A stretch of DNA of 53,034 nt from assembly GCA_026936045.1 (NCBI GenBank), contig JAIXKU010000215.1, forward strand, positions 1 to 53,034, given 5' to 3'. Under the pieces are notes generated by a model. It did not search any database. It had not been told where the DNA came from and saw only the letters and a list, made by a program, of their open reading frames with translations. This DNA comes from Flavobacteriales bacterium (lineage in GTDB: Bacteria > Bacteroidota > Bacteroidia > CAIKAF01). Positions 45,337 through 53,034 of this stretch are shown in pieces. Both the position numbers and the translations under genes were made by a program. Each line of letters starts with the position of its first letter. Within the stretch, counting starts at the first letter, position 1.

Positions 45337-47172
45337 TTACTCTACTGTAACGCTCTTAGCCAGATTTCTGGGTTGATCCACATTACAACCACGCATAACC
45401 GCTATGTGATATGACAGTAATTGAAGAGGAATAACAGTCAGAATAGGTGAAAAAATCTCTGCTGTGTCAGGAACTTCAATAATATAATCAGCCATTTTCT
45501 TCACTTGTTCGTCACCTTCCGTAACAATGGCGATAATAATCCCCTTCCGTGCTTTCACTTCCTGAATATTGCTGATAACCTTTTCGTAGTGCGGGCTTTT
45601 TGTCGCAATAAATACAACGGGCATTTGTTCATCAATCAGTGCAATTGGTCCGTGTTTCATTTCAGCGGCAGGATAACCTTCTGCATGGATATAGGAAATC
45701 TCTTTGAGTTTGAGCGCTCCTTCCAAAGCAACGGGGAAGTTTACGCCTCTGCCTAAATAAAGGAAATTGTGAGAGTCTTTGAATTTGCGGGCTATTTCAA
45801 TGATTTTTTCATTGAGTTTCAGTGTGGCTTCCACTTTGGCAGGAATCTGTTCCATTTCTGTAAGATATAATGCTAACAAATACTTACTGATAGTACCTCT
45901 GATATCAGCCAGTGCTAATGCTAATAGTGACAATACAGTAACCTGCGCTGTAAATGCTTTGGTAGAAGCTACACCAATCTCAGGACCTGCGTGTGTGTAT
46001 GCACCTGCATCACTCAAGCGTGGAATAGAAGAACCTACTACATTGCAAACACCAAAAACAGTTGCGCTGTGACTCTTTGCCAATGTCATTGCCGCCAGAG
46101 TGTCTGCGGTTTCACCGCTTTGTGAGATTGCTATATACAAATCATCCTTGCTAATAACCGGATTTCTGTATCTGAATTCGGAAGCATATTCTACTTCCAC
46201 TTGAATACGTGCTAATTCTTCAAACAAATATTCGGCAACCAAGCCGGCATGCCAGCTTGTTCCACAACCCAACATTACAATACGGTTAATATTTCTAAGT
46301 TTTTCTTCGTATTCTTGTAAGCTTCTCATCATAAATCGACCGGTTGCAGGGTCAAACCTGCCTCGGAATGAATCTAGAATGGATTTAGGTTGTTCATTGA
46401 TTTCTTTTAACATAAAATGCTCATAGCCGCCTTTTTCTATTGCATCAAGATTGATTTCTAATTCTTGAATAAAAGGAGATTTCTCAACATCTTCTATGGT
46501 TTTAATAGTCAAAGTACCATTTTTGATGAAAACCATTTCACCATCGTTCAGATAAGTAACTTTTCTTGTGTATTCAACAATGGGTGTGGCATCAGAAGCT
46601 AAAAAGTATTCACCTTGTTCACCATATCCAATCACCAAAGGGCTTCCTTTACGTGCGGCAATGAGTTTGCTGGGCTCATCACGTGATAATATCACAATGG
46701 CATAAGCGCCAACTACCTGATTTAAAGCCAGTCTTACAGCTTCTTCTATCGAACAATTTTCTATTTGTTTAATTTCTTCAACTAAGTGAATCAACACTTC
46801 AGTATCGGTATCACTTTGGAAAACGTGTCCTTTTTGTTCAAGAGCTTCTTTGAGTGAGCCGTAATTTTCAATAATTCCGTTGTGTATGACAGCCAAGTCA
46901 CCGCTTTGGCTCAAATGCGGATGTGCGTTGACGTCATTGGGTGCACCATGAGTTGCCCAGCGGGTATGCCCCATTCCAACCTTTTGCGGCATCTTGGGCG
47001 GAATGATGTTTTCTAAGTCTACTACTTTGCCTTTGGTCTTAAAAATATGAAGTTTGTTGTCCAAAAGCGCAACTCCCGCACTGTCATAACCTCTGTATTC
47101 AAGCCTTTTGAGTCCCTTGATGATGATAGGAAGGGCTTCTCTGTGCCCAATATAGCCAACAATTCCACACAT
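45337..47172 (-). CDS. glmS: Glutamine--fructose-6-phosphate aminotransferase
   Basis: MCGIVGYIG N-terminus, two SIS domains, C-terminal NLAKSVTVE. Confidence 0.95.
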   Translation of the reverse strand: MCGIVGYIGHREALPIIIKGLKRLEYRGYDSAGVALLDNKLHIFKTKGKVVDLENIIPPKMPQKVGMGHTRWATHGAPNDVNAHPHLSQSGDLAVIHNGIIENYGSLKEALEQKGHVFQSDTDTEVLIHLVEEIKQIENCSIEEAVRLALNQVVGAYAIVILSRDEPSKLIAARKGSPLVIGYGEQGEYFLASDATPIVEYTRKVTYLNDGEMVFIKNGTLTIKTIEDVEKSPFIQELEINLDAIEKGGYEHFMLKEINEQPKSILDSFRGRFDPATGRFMMRSLQEYEEKLRNINRIVMLGCGTSWHAGLVAEYLFEELARIQVEVEYASEFRYRNPVISKDDLYIAISQSGETADTLAAMTLAKSHSATVFGVCNVVGSSIPRLSDAGAYTHAGPEIGVASTKAFTAQVTVLSLLALALADIRGTISKYLLALYLTEMEQIPAKVEATLKLNEKIIEIARKFKDSHNFLYLGRGVNFPVALEGALKLKEISYIHAEGYPAAEMKHGPIALIDEQMPVVFIATKSPHYEKVISNIQEVKARKGIIIAIVTEGDEQVKKMADYIIEVPDTAEIFSPILTVIPLQLLSYHIAVMRGCNVDQPRNLAKSVTVE

Positions 47173-47173
47173 G

Positions 47174-48472
47174 TTATTTGATATTAAATTCTTTTTTAAA
47201 GATTTTTACGTGATTTAACTCCTCCCAAGGAAAAAGCTTCACTTTTACTTTCTTGATTTCAATTTTGCCGAAAGTGGGGCGTTCAAATATTTTTTCTACT
47301 ATCTGAGTTTCTCTCCCCATGTGTCCGTATGAAGCTGTTTCAGCGTAAATAGGAGTTCTGAGATTGAACATTTTTTCAATGCTGTATGGTCTCAAATCCA
47401 TTATTTTCAAAATCTTTTCTGCAATCTTCCCATCGCTCAGCTTCACTTTGGAAGTGCCATAGGTATTTACATATAAACCTACGGGGTCTTTTTCGCCAAT
47501 AGCATAGCCCACTTGCACCAATATTTCATCTGCTATTCCGGCAGCTACCATATTTTTGGCAATATATCTCATAGCGTAAGCAGCAGAACGGTCCACTTTG
47601 GAAGGGTCTTTTCCACTAAATGCACCACCACCATGCGCACCTTTGCCCCCATACGTATCTACAATAATTTTTCTGCCTGTCAATCCGGTATCTCCGTGTG
47701 GTCCGCCAATCACAAACTTGCCGGTTGGATTAACAAGGTATTTTACTTTCTTGTCAAAGAAGGGTTTGAAATATGGAAACTTCTTCAACACTCTCGGAAT
47801 CAAAATATTAATCACATCTTCCTTGATTTTGCTTTGCATTTCTTTATCAGCTTTGTCAATATCTGCACCTTTGTTTGATTTTGCTTTAACAAATTCATCG
47901 TGTTGCGTAGAAAGTACAACAGTCTCAACCCTCTTGGCTTTGTTGTCATCTCCATACTCGACTGTAACCTGAGATTTAGAATCAGGGCGTAAATAGGTCA
48001 TTTTTTTGCCTTCTCTTCTAATTTCGGCAAGTTCTCTCAGCAAACAATGTGAAAGGTCAAGTGAAAGGGGCATGTAATTGTCGGTTTCATTGCATGCATA
48101 CCCGAACATGATTCCTTGGTCACCGGCACCTTGGTCTTCCGGTTTTTTGGTGTCAACACCTCGGTTGATATCGGGTGATTGCTCATGAATAGCGGAGAAA
48201 ATACCACATCCGTTGGCTTCAAACATATATTCTGATTTGGTATAACCAATTTTTGCGATGACATCTCTCGATATCTTTTGAACATCGATATAAGTATCTG
48301 ATTTTACTTCTCCGGCTAACACTACCTGACCTGTTGTAACCAATGTTTCGCATGCAACTTTTGATTTTGGGTCCCATGCAAGAAAATTATCAAGTAGAGC
48401 ATCTGAAATCTGGTCTGCTACTTTATCCGGATGTCCTTCTGAGACGGACTCTGAGGTGAATAAATATGACAT
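47174..48472 (-). CDS. metK: S-adenosylmethionine synthase
   Basis: [28 protein letters not shown], and the DRSAAY motif. Confidence 0.95.
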   Translation of the reverse strand: MSYLFTSESVSEGHPDKVADQISDALLDNFLAWDPKSKVACETLVTTGQVVLAGEVKSDTYIDVQKISRDVIAKIGYTKSEYMFEANGCGIFSAIHEQSPDINRGVDTKKPEDQGAGDQGIMFGYACNETDNYMPLSLDLSHCLLRELAEIRREGKKMTYLRPDSKSQVTVEYGDDNKAKRVETVVLSTQHDEFVKAKSNKGADIDKADKEMQSKIKEDVINILIPRVLKKFPYFKPFFDKKVKYLVNPTGKFVIGGPHGDTGLTGRKIIVDTYGGKGAHGGGAFSGKDPSKVDRSAAYAMRYIAKNMVAAGIADEILVQVGYAIGEKDPVGLYVNTYGTSKVKLSDGKIAEKILKIMDLRPYSIEKMFNLRTPIYAETASYGHMGRETQIVEKIFERPTFGKIEIKKVKVKLFPWEELNHVKIFKKEFNIK

Positions 48473-48496
48473 TTTGAATTTTTTTTATGAGTTGCG

Positions 48497-48504
48497 CAAA
48501 GGTA
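48497..48504 (-). promoter_or_regulatory. Candidate -7 promoter box (TACCTTTG) for metK-glmS
   Basis: The reverse complement of 48497-48504 is TACCTTTG, 24 nt upstream of the metK ATG. Confidence 0.3.
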
Positions 48505-48555
48505 ATGAAAAACAAAGATGAAAAATTACAAGCGACATTAGGGTTATTTATCAAT

Positions 48556-49779
48556 TTACAGTTTGCCTGCAATACCTTCCCCTGCAATGTATCCGCATGT
48601 CCAAGCTGCTTGAAAATTAAAACCGCCCGTGATGCCGTCAATATCAATAACCTCACCAGCAAAAAACAGATTAGGATGCAACTTGCTTTCCATAGTTCTG
48701 AAATCAATTTCTTTTCTACTGATGCCGCCACAAGTTACAAACTCATCCTTAAAAGTGGTTTTGCCTTGGGACTCAAACTTGCTTTGATATAGTTGTTGAG
48801 CCAATTCCGACAGTTTTGCATTTTGACAGTCTGCCCATTTGGTTTCATGGGACAAGTGAATACTATCTAAAAAATAATCCCACAAACGCTGAGAAATGTT
48901 GTCAAACGGCTTTCTTCGAAGACTTGTTTTTGTACTCTTTTGTTGTTTTAACAGATCAAAAATATTGTCTTGTGACAAATTAGGCAGCCAATTTACTTCA
49001 ACCGTATAGCGATATCCACAGTCATGAAGTTTGCGAGCTGCAAAAGCAGATAATTTCAAAACCGCAGGTCCGCTCAATCCCCAATGGGTGATTAATAAAG
49101 GACCTCTGAACTCTTCTTTGTGTTCAGGCAAAGTTACAATAGCATCGGTAACCGACACTCCGGGTAATTGACAAATAGGATGCCTGCGTAAGTTAAAGGT
49201 AAATAAAGATGGTACAGGATTTTCAATTTTGTGTTTGAAATGGTCAAGATATCCGAAATTCTCTCTTTTAGGGTGTCCACCAGTGGCTATCAGCAGGGTC
49301 TTACAAGCAACTCTGTCGGATTCATCCAGCAAAAGCAGAAACCCGGCATCTGTTGATTCGATTTTTTCAACTTTTGTGCGAATACTGATTTCAACTCCGA
49401 GTTGTTGTGTTTCTTTGAGCAAACAATCCATGATGGTTTGAGAGTCGTCTGTTATAGGAAACATTCTTCCGTCTATCTCGGATTTGAGAGCCACCCCTCT
49501 GGATTCAAACCACTTGACTGTGTCTGCAGTGTTAAAACGATAAAAACAACCCAATAATTCCTTGCTTCCGCGCGGATAGTTTTCTGACAGTAGTTTGTTA
49601 TCAAAACACGCGTTGGTAACATTGCATCTGCCACCCCCTGAGATTTCGACTTTTGAAAGTAATTTGGAAGTTTTTTCCAAAATAAGAATAGACGCTTTGG
49701 GTTTGAGCTCAGCTAATCTGATAGCAGCAAAAAAACCCGCAGCTCCTCCGCCCACAATAATGGTGTCAAATGTTTGCAC
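48556..49779 (-). CDS. HI0933/YhiN-like FAD-dependent oxidoreductase
   Basis: DTIIVGGGAAGFFAA, GGGRCNVTN, and C-terminal FAGEVIDIDGITGGFNFQ. Confidence 0.8.
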   Translation of the reverse strand: MQTFDTIIVGGGAAGFFAAIRLAELKPKASILILEKTSKLLSKVEISGGGRCNVTNACFDNKLLSENYPRGSKELLGCFYRFNTADTVKWFESRGVALKSEIDGRMFPITDDSQTIMDCLLKETQQLGVEISIRTKVEKIESTDAGFLLLLDESDRVACKTLLIATGGHPKRENFGYLDHFKHKIENPVPSLFTFNLRRHPICQLPGVSVTDAIVTLPEHKEEFRGPLLITHWGLSGPAVLKLSAFAARKLHDCGYRYTVEVNWLPNLSQDNIFDLLKQQKSTKTSLRRKPFDNISQRLWDYFLDSIHLSHETKWADCQNAKLSELAQQLYQSKFESQGKTTFKDEFVTCGGISRKEIDFRTMESKLHPNLFFAGEVIDIDGITGGFNFQAAWTCGYIAGEGIAGKL

Positions 49780-49874
49780 GGGACAAAGGTATGAGTTTAG
49801 TCATGCAATTGATGAAGTATGAGAGGAGTATTCCATCCGTAATCAATACGTTTTTAATAGGAATATACATAGAA

Positions 49875-50396
49875 CTAAGTATTTTCATTCAAGACATCCA
49901 CAATCATATCAGACTCATAACCCTTTGACATCAATGCACTGATAATCTTTTGTTTTTTTTGCCAGTCTTTGACACCGATGCCTTTGTATTTTATTTTGAG
50001 TTTTTCAATCAAACTAATCAGTGTCTTTTCATATTCATAAGGGTCAATTTCTTGCAAACCAATTTTGATATTGCGTTCACTGATTTTACGCATCTTTAAT
50101 TCTCTCATTATTTTGAGCCTACCCCACTTTTTCTGTCTAAACTTTCCTCCACAATATGCTTTAGCAAACCTTTCCTCATTCAAAAAACGGTATTGAATCA
50201 ACTCCGAGATGATTTCCTCCACGTCATCTGAAATCAACCCGTATGAATATAGCTTTGACCTGACTTCTTCTTGATGTCTTTCTTGATAGGCACAGAATTT
50301 TTCAATTTTTTTTCGCGCTGCCGAAGGTGTCAGTTTTTCTGTTTGCACAAGGGCAAAAGTAAGCAGAATGGATGCACCAAAACATGCCGTCATCAT
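49875..50396 (-). CDS. recX: RecX family regulatory protein
   Basis: KIEKFCAYQERHQEEVRSKL and repeated three-helix modules. The true start is uncertain: the ATG at 50396 gives a hydrophobic extension, and an internal GTG near 50345 is possible. Confidence 0.65.
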   Translation of the reverse strand: MMTACFGASILLTFALVQTEKLTPSAARKKIEKFCAYQERHQEEVRSKLYSYGLISDDVEEIISELIQYRFLNEERFAKAYCGGKFRQKKWGRLKIMRELKMRKISERNIKIGLQEIDPYEYEKTLISLIEKLKIKYKGIGVKDWQKKQKIISALMSKGYESDMIVDVLNENT

Positions 50397-50573
50397 TGTG
50401 ATAAGTTTTCTTGGTATCTAAATTTAGCACGTCCTGCTTATTTCTTTTGTCTAATCCTCATTTCTGCGCACTTCAGCCGAGTGCATGACAAATATCATAT
50501 ACCCCTATGACAACAATCATTGTGCATTATAATTTCCTGCTTCAACTTTGTCCCAAGTTTAAATCAACTATTT

Positions 50574-51914
50574 ATGAAAGCAAAAAAATTAACAACCCAC
50601 CTTTTATTAGGTGCATTTTTTTGCGCTTCTTCTCTCATCATCACAGACCTGAAAGCACAAGAAAATTCAGTTTCAGAAAACTCAATCAATATTTCTTACC
50701 AACTACGTCCTCGCATAGAGTTTCGCGATGGTAATTTTACACCGGCAAATAAAAATACGGCTCCGGCAGCACTTATCAGCCAAAGAGACCGCCTTAGTAT
50801 AGATTATAAATACAAAGATTTATTAACGGTACATTTTGCACCTCAAAGCGTGAGTATTTGGGGTCAGGCAAACATGGTGCAGGGCGCTGAGATGAGTGCT
50901 AATCAAATTTCTATGTTTGAATCTTGGGCGCAACTAAAACTTCATTCATTCTGGAATGTAAAGTTTGGTCGTCAGATTATTTCCTTAGACGATGAGCGAT
51001 TTTTTGGTGCCTTGGATTGGGCACAAGGGGCAAGAGCACACGATGCATTGTCTTTCGGGTTTCTCAATAATAAATATGAGTTAAAAGGATTTTTTGCCTT
51101 TAACCAAAATTACAAAACCTTGTATGGCAACAATCTCAACAATCCTGCGGGCAATTTATATAGTCCGGCAGACGCACTTCCATACAAAACGATGCAAACC
51201 TTATGGGGAAACATTCCTATCAATGAATCCATGAAGGTTACGCTTTTGGCAGCCAATCTTGGAGTTCAGAATGCTGTTAGCCCTTTGGATTCAGTCAAAA
51301 CTACTTATATTCAAACCTATGGTTTCAATTTTATTGAAAACGGGAAAAGTTTATCTTTGATAGTTTCCGGTTATTATCAAATGGCAAAAAACACCCAAGC
51401 ATATATGGGTTCAGTGTTTGCAGATTATGCTGTTAATTCTGCTTGGAATATCGGGCTTGGGAGTGATTTAGTGAGCGGAAACGACTTTGGGAGTCCTGTC
51501 ACTGAAAACGCAATTTTTAATCCATTTTTTCACACCGGACACAAATTCTATGGCAGCATGGATTATTTTTACGCAGGGAATGGACACGGAGGAGTTGGAT
51601 TGTCTGATAACTATGCTAAAATAAACTTCAAATCCGAAAAAGGATATAGCGTAAACCTTGCTATCCATCAGTTTATAACACCTAACAAAGTAAAAACCCC
51701 AAGCAAAGAATACGATTCCAACTTAGGACAAGAAATAGATTTAACAATAAACTATAAAATCAATAAGTTTGCAAGCCTTGTGGGAGGGTACTCTTTCTTC
51801 CTGAACACACCTACTTTGAATGTACTCAAAACCAAACCGAATGCAAAGGATTATCAGCAATGGGGATGGTTATCCATCAACCTCAACCCAACAATATTTA
51901 AAACAAATTTCTAA
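50574..51914 (+). CDS. Outer-membrane porin, alginate-export-like beta-barrel
   Basis: The ATG at 50574 gives signal peptide ...SLIITDLKAQ. Also YQLRPRIEFRDG, alternating beta-strand pattern, and terminal ...IFKTNF. Confidence 0.55.
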   Translation: MKAKKLTTHLLLGAFFCASSLIITDLKAQENSVSENSINISYQLRPRIEFRDGNFTPANKNTAPAALISQRDRLSIDYKYKDLLTVHFAPQSVSIWGQANMVQGAEMSANQISMFESWAQLKLHSFWNVKFGRQIISLDDERFFGALDWAQGARAHDALSFGFLNNKYELKGFFAFNQNYKTLYGNNLNNPAGNLYSPADALPYKTMQTLWGNIPINESMKVTLLAANLGVQNAVSPLDSVKTTYIQTYGFNFIENGKSLSLIVSGYYQMAKNTQAYMGSVFADYAVNSAWNIGLGSDLVSGNDFGSPVTENAIFNPFFHTGHKFYGSMDYFYAGNGHGGVGLSDNYAKINFKSEKGYSVNLAIHQFITPNKVKTPSKEYDSNLGQEIDLTINYKINKFASLVGGYSFFLNTPTLNVLKTKPNAKDYQQWGWLSINLNPTIFKTNF

Positions 51915-51933
51915 TTTAAAATAAAACAAAAAA

Positions 51934-52965
51934 ATGAACAAAAAACATTTTATTATCGGTGCAGCAGTCACAATGACTTTCGCACTATGGAGTTGTAATT
52001 CGGGCAACAATGCTCAGAACAAAACCAAAGCCATTGACATGGAAGCAACCGGAGACTTTGAAGTAGCCGAAATTACTGCGGCTCCCAATGTCCCTGCTCC
52101 TATTGGCAAAAGAGGTCCCAAAAAATTAATTATCAACCTTGAAACAACAGAGATTGAATCCATTATTGCTGACACTTTCAATTACACTTTCTGGACATTC
52201 AATGACATCGTTCCCGGCAGCTTTATCAGAGTGAGAGAAGGAGATGAAATTCAGTTAAACCTAAAAAATGCTGAAAACAGTATCCTTCCTCACAACATTG
52301 ACCTTCATGCAGTGAATGGTCCGGGTGGTGGCGCAGAAGCAACTTTTGCATCTCCCGGTCAATCAGCTTCTTTTACTTTCAAAGCACTTAACCCCGGTTT
52401 ATATGTATATCACTGTGCCGCTCCTCCTGTACCACAACATATTGGCAATGGAATGTATGGACTTATTTTGGTTGAGCCGGAAGGAGGACTTGAGCCTGTG
52501 GACAAAGAATTCTACATCATGCAAGGTGAGTTCTATGCAAAACCAAGTGCAAGAAACCCCAAATTATTGGAATTTGACAATGACAAAGGCAATGCAGAAA
52601 ATCCAACATACGTTTTGTTCAATGGTAAAAAAGGTTCTATGTTAGGTCCTAACATGTTAGAAGCAAAAGTGGGTGACAAAATCCGTCTATTTATCGGAAA
52701 TGGTGGTCCTAACTTGGTTTCTTCTTTCCACGTGATTGGCGAAATCTTTGACAATGTTTATACCGAAGGCGGAAGCACAGTATCTCATAACGTACAAACC
52801 ACACTTATCCCTGCCGGTGGTTCTGCTATTGTTGAGTTTACTGTGGAAGTACCCGGTGAATACAATATTGTTGACCACTCTCTTTCCAGAACTTTCAACA
52901 AAGGTTCATTAGGTAAGATCAAAGTTACCGGAGATGCAAATCCGAAAGTATTCAAGAAGAACTAA
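51934..52965 (+). CDS. nirK: Copper-containing nitrite reductase, lipoprotein form
   Basis: Lipobox FALWSC. Cu ligand regions LPHNIDLHAV and YHCAAPPVPQHIGNGMYG (Cys...His...Met). Two cupredoxin domains. Confidence 0.9.
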   Translation: MNKKHFIIGAAVTMTFALWSCNSGNNAQNKTKAIDMEATGDFEVAEITAAPNVPAPIGKRGPKKLIINLETTEIESIIADTFNYTFWTFNDIVPGSFIRVREGDEIQLNLKNAENSILPHNIDLHAVNGPGGGAEATFASPGQSASFTFKALNPGLYVYHCAAPPVPQHIGNGMYGLILVEPEGGLEPVDKEFYIMQGEFYAKPSARNPKLLEFDNDKGNAENPTYVLFNGKKGSMLGPNMLEAKVGDKIRLFIGNGGPNLVSSFHVIGEIFDNVYTEGGSTVSHNVQTTLIPAGGSAIVEFTVEVPGEYNIVDHSLSRTFNKGSLGKIKVTGDANPKVFKKN

Positions 52966-52990
52966 ATTAACAATAATCTATTCATATTTT

Positions 52991-53030
52991 AAACAGACGT
53001 GGCGAGTGGCAACACTCGCCACGTCTGTTT
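52991..53030 (+). terminator. Long perfect hairpin downstream of nirK (probable terminator)
   Basis: 18-bp perfect stem AAACAGACGTGGCGAGTG / CACTCGCCACGTCTGTTT with loop GCAA, 25 nt after the nirK stop. Confidence 0.55.
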
Positions 53031-53034
53031 AAAA

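Noticed and set aside
47170-47176. glmS ribozyme upstream of glmS
   Set aside because: glmS starts 1 nt after the metK stop, so there is no untranslated leader to hold a ribozyme.
48473-48555. SAM riboswitch in the metK leader
   Set aside because: The spacer is only 83 nt. The TACCTTTG -7 box at 48497-48504 would leave a leader of about 20 nt, too short for a SAM-I four-way junction. I could not see the pairing segments of a SAM-II pseudoknot. A covariance-model scan would settle this.
1-53034. CRISPR arrays, IS elements or transposases, rRNA genes, prophage or known defence-system genes
   Set aside because: Reading through both strands, I found no regularly spaced direct repeats, no transposase or integrase other than XerD, no rRNA-like sequence, and no nuclease/helicase/methylase sets typical of defence islands. 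The lone methyltransferase at 42537-43355 is a Methyltransf_24-type small-molecule or polysaccharide enzyme without a restriction partner.

Overview
Dense, AT-leaning chromosomal window that looks like a Bacteroidota genome. Evidence for that: five proteins end in T9SS (Por_Secre_tail-type) sorting domains, there is a CarboxypepD_reg-type TonB receptor and an Omp28-like lipoprotein, and several TAnnTTTG promoter boxes. I support about 43 CDS, one tRNA-Asp, two decayed genes and several hairpin terminators. I saw no rRNA, CRISPR array, transposase or phage genes.

Main content:
(1) nt 1-12460: an 11-gene same-strand cluster. It combines class-I benzoyl-CoA-reductase-like ATPase subunits (BcrA-like and BcrD-like) and an HGD-D/BcrBC-family subunit with an acyl-CoA ligase and the three lower-pathway genes of anaerobic benzoyl-CoA degradation (Had-, Oah/BamA- and Dch-like). 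It also carries non-canonical members: a saccharopine-dehydrogenase-like gene wedged between the two ATPase genes, a T9SS-secreted protein inside the operon, and a ketopantoate-reductase (PanE/ApbA) :: activase-ATPase fusion. This is my top candidate for an undescribed system.
(2) nt 26284-32904: a tight 4-gene operon (lamin-tail-domain T9SS protein, TonB-dependent receptor, small lipoprotein, T9SS endonuclease I) that looks like an extracellular DNA capture and uptake locus.
(3) Housekeeping genes: nrdJ, hemW, amn, comM, dnaG, xerD, glmS, metK, recX, a polyprenyl synthase and an M1 aminopeptidase.
(4) A porin plus lipoprotein NirK pair at the 3' end.
(5) Gene decay: an M28 peptidase stub, a multiply disrupted LuxR-type response regulator next to tRNA-Asp, and a roughly 540-nt non-coding stretch with broken ORF fragments.

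All functional calls rest on motifs read by eye from the translations. No database search was run.
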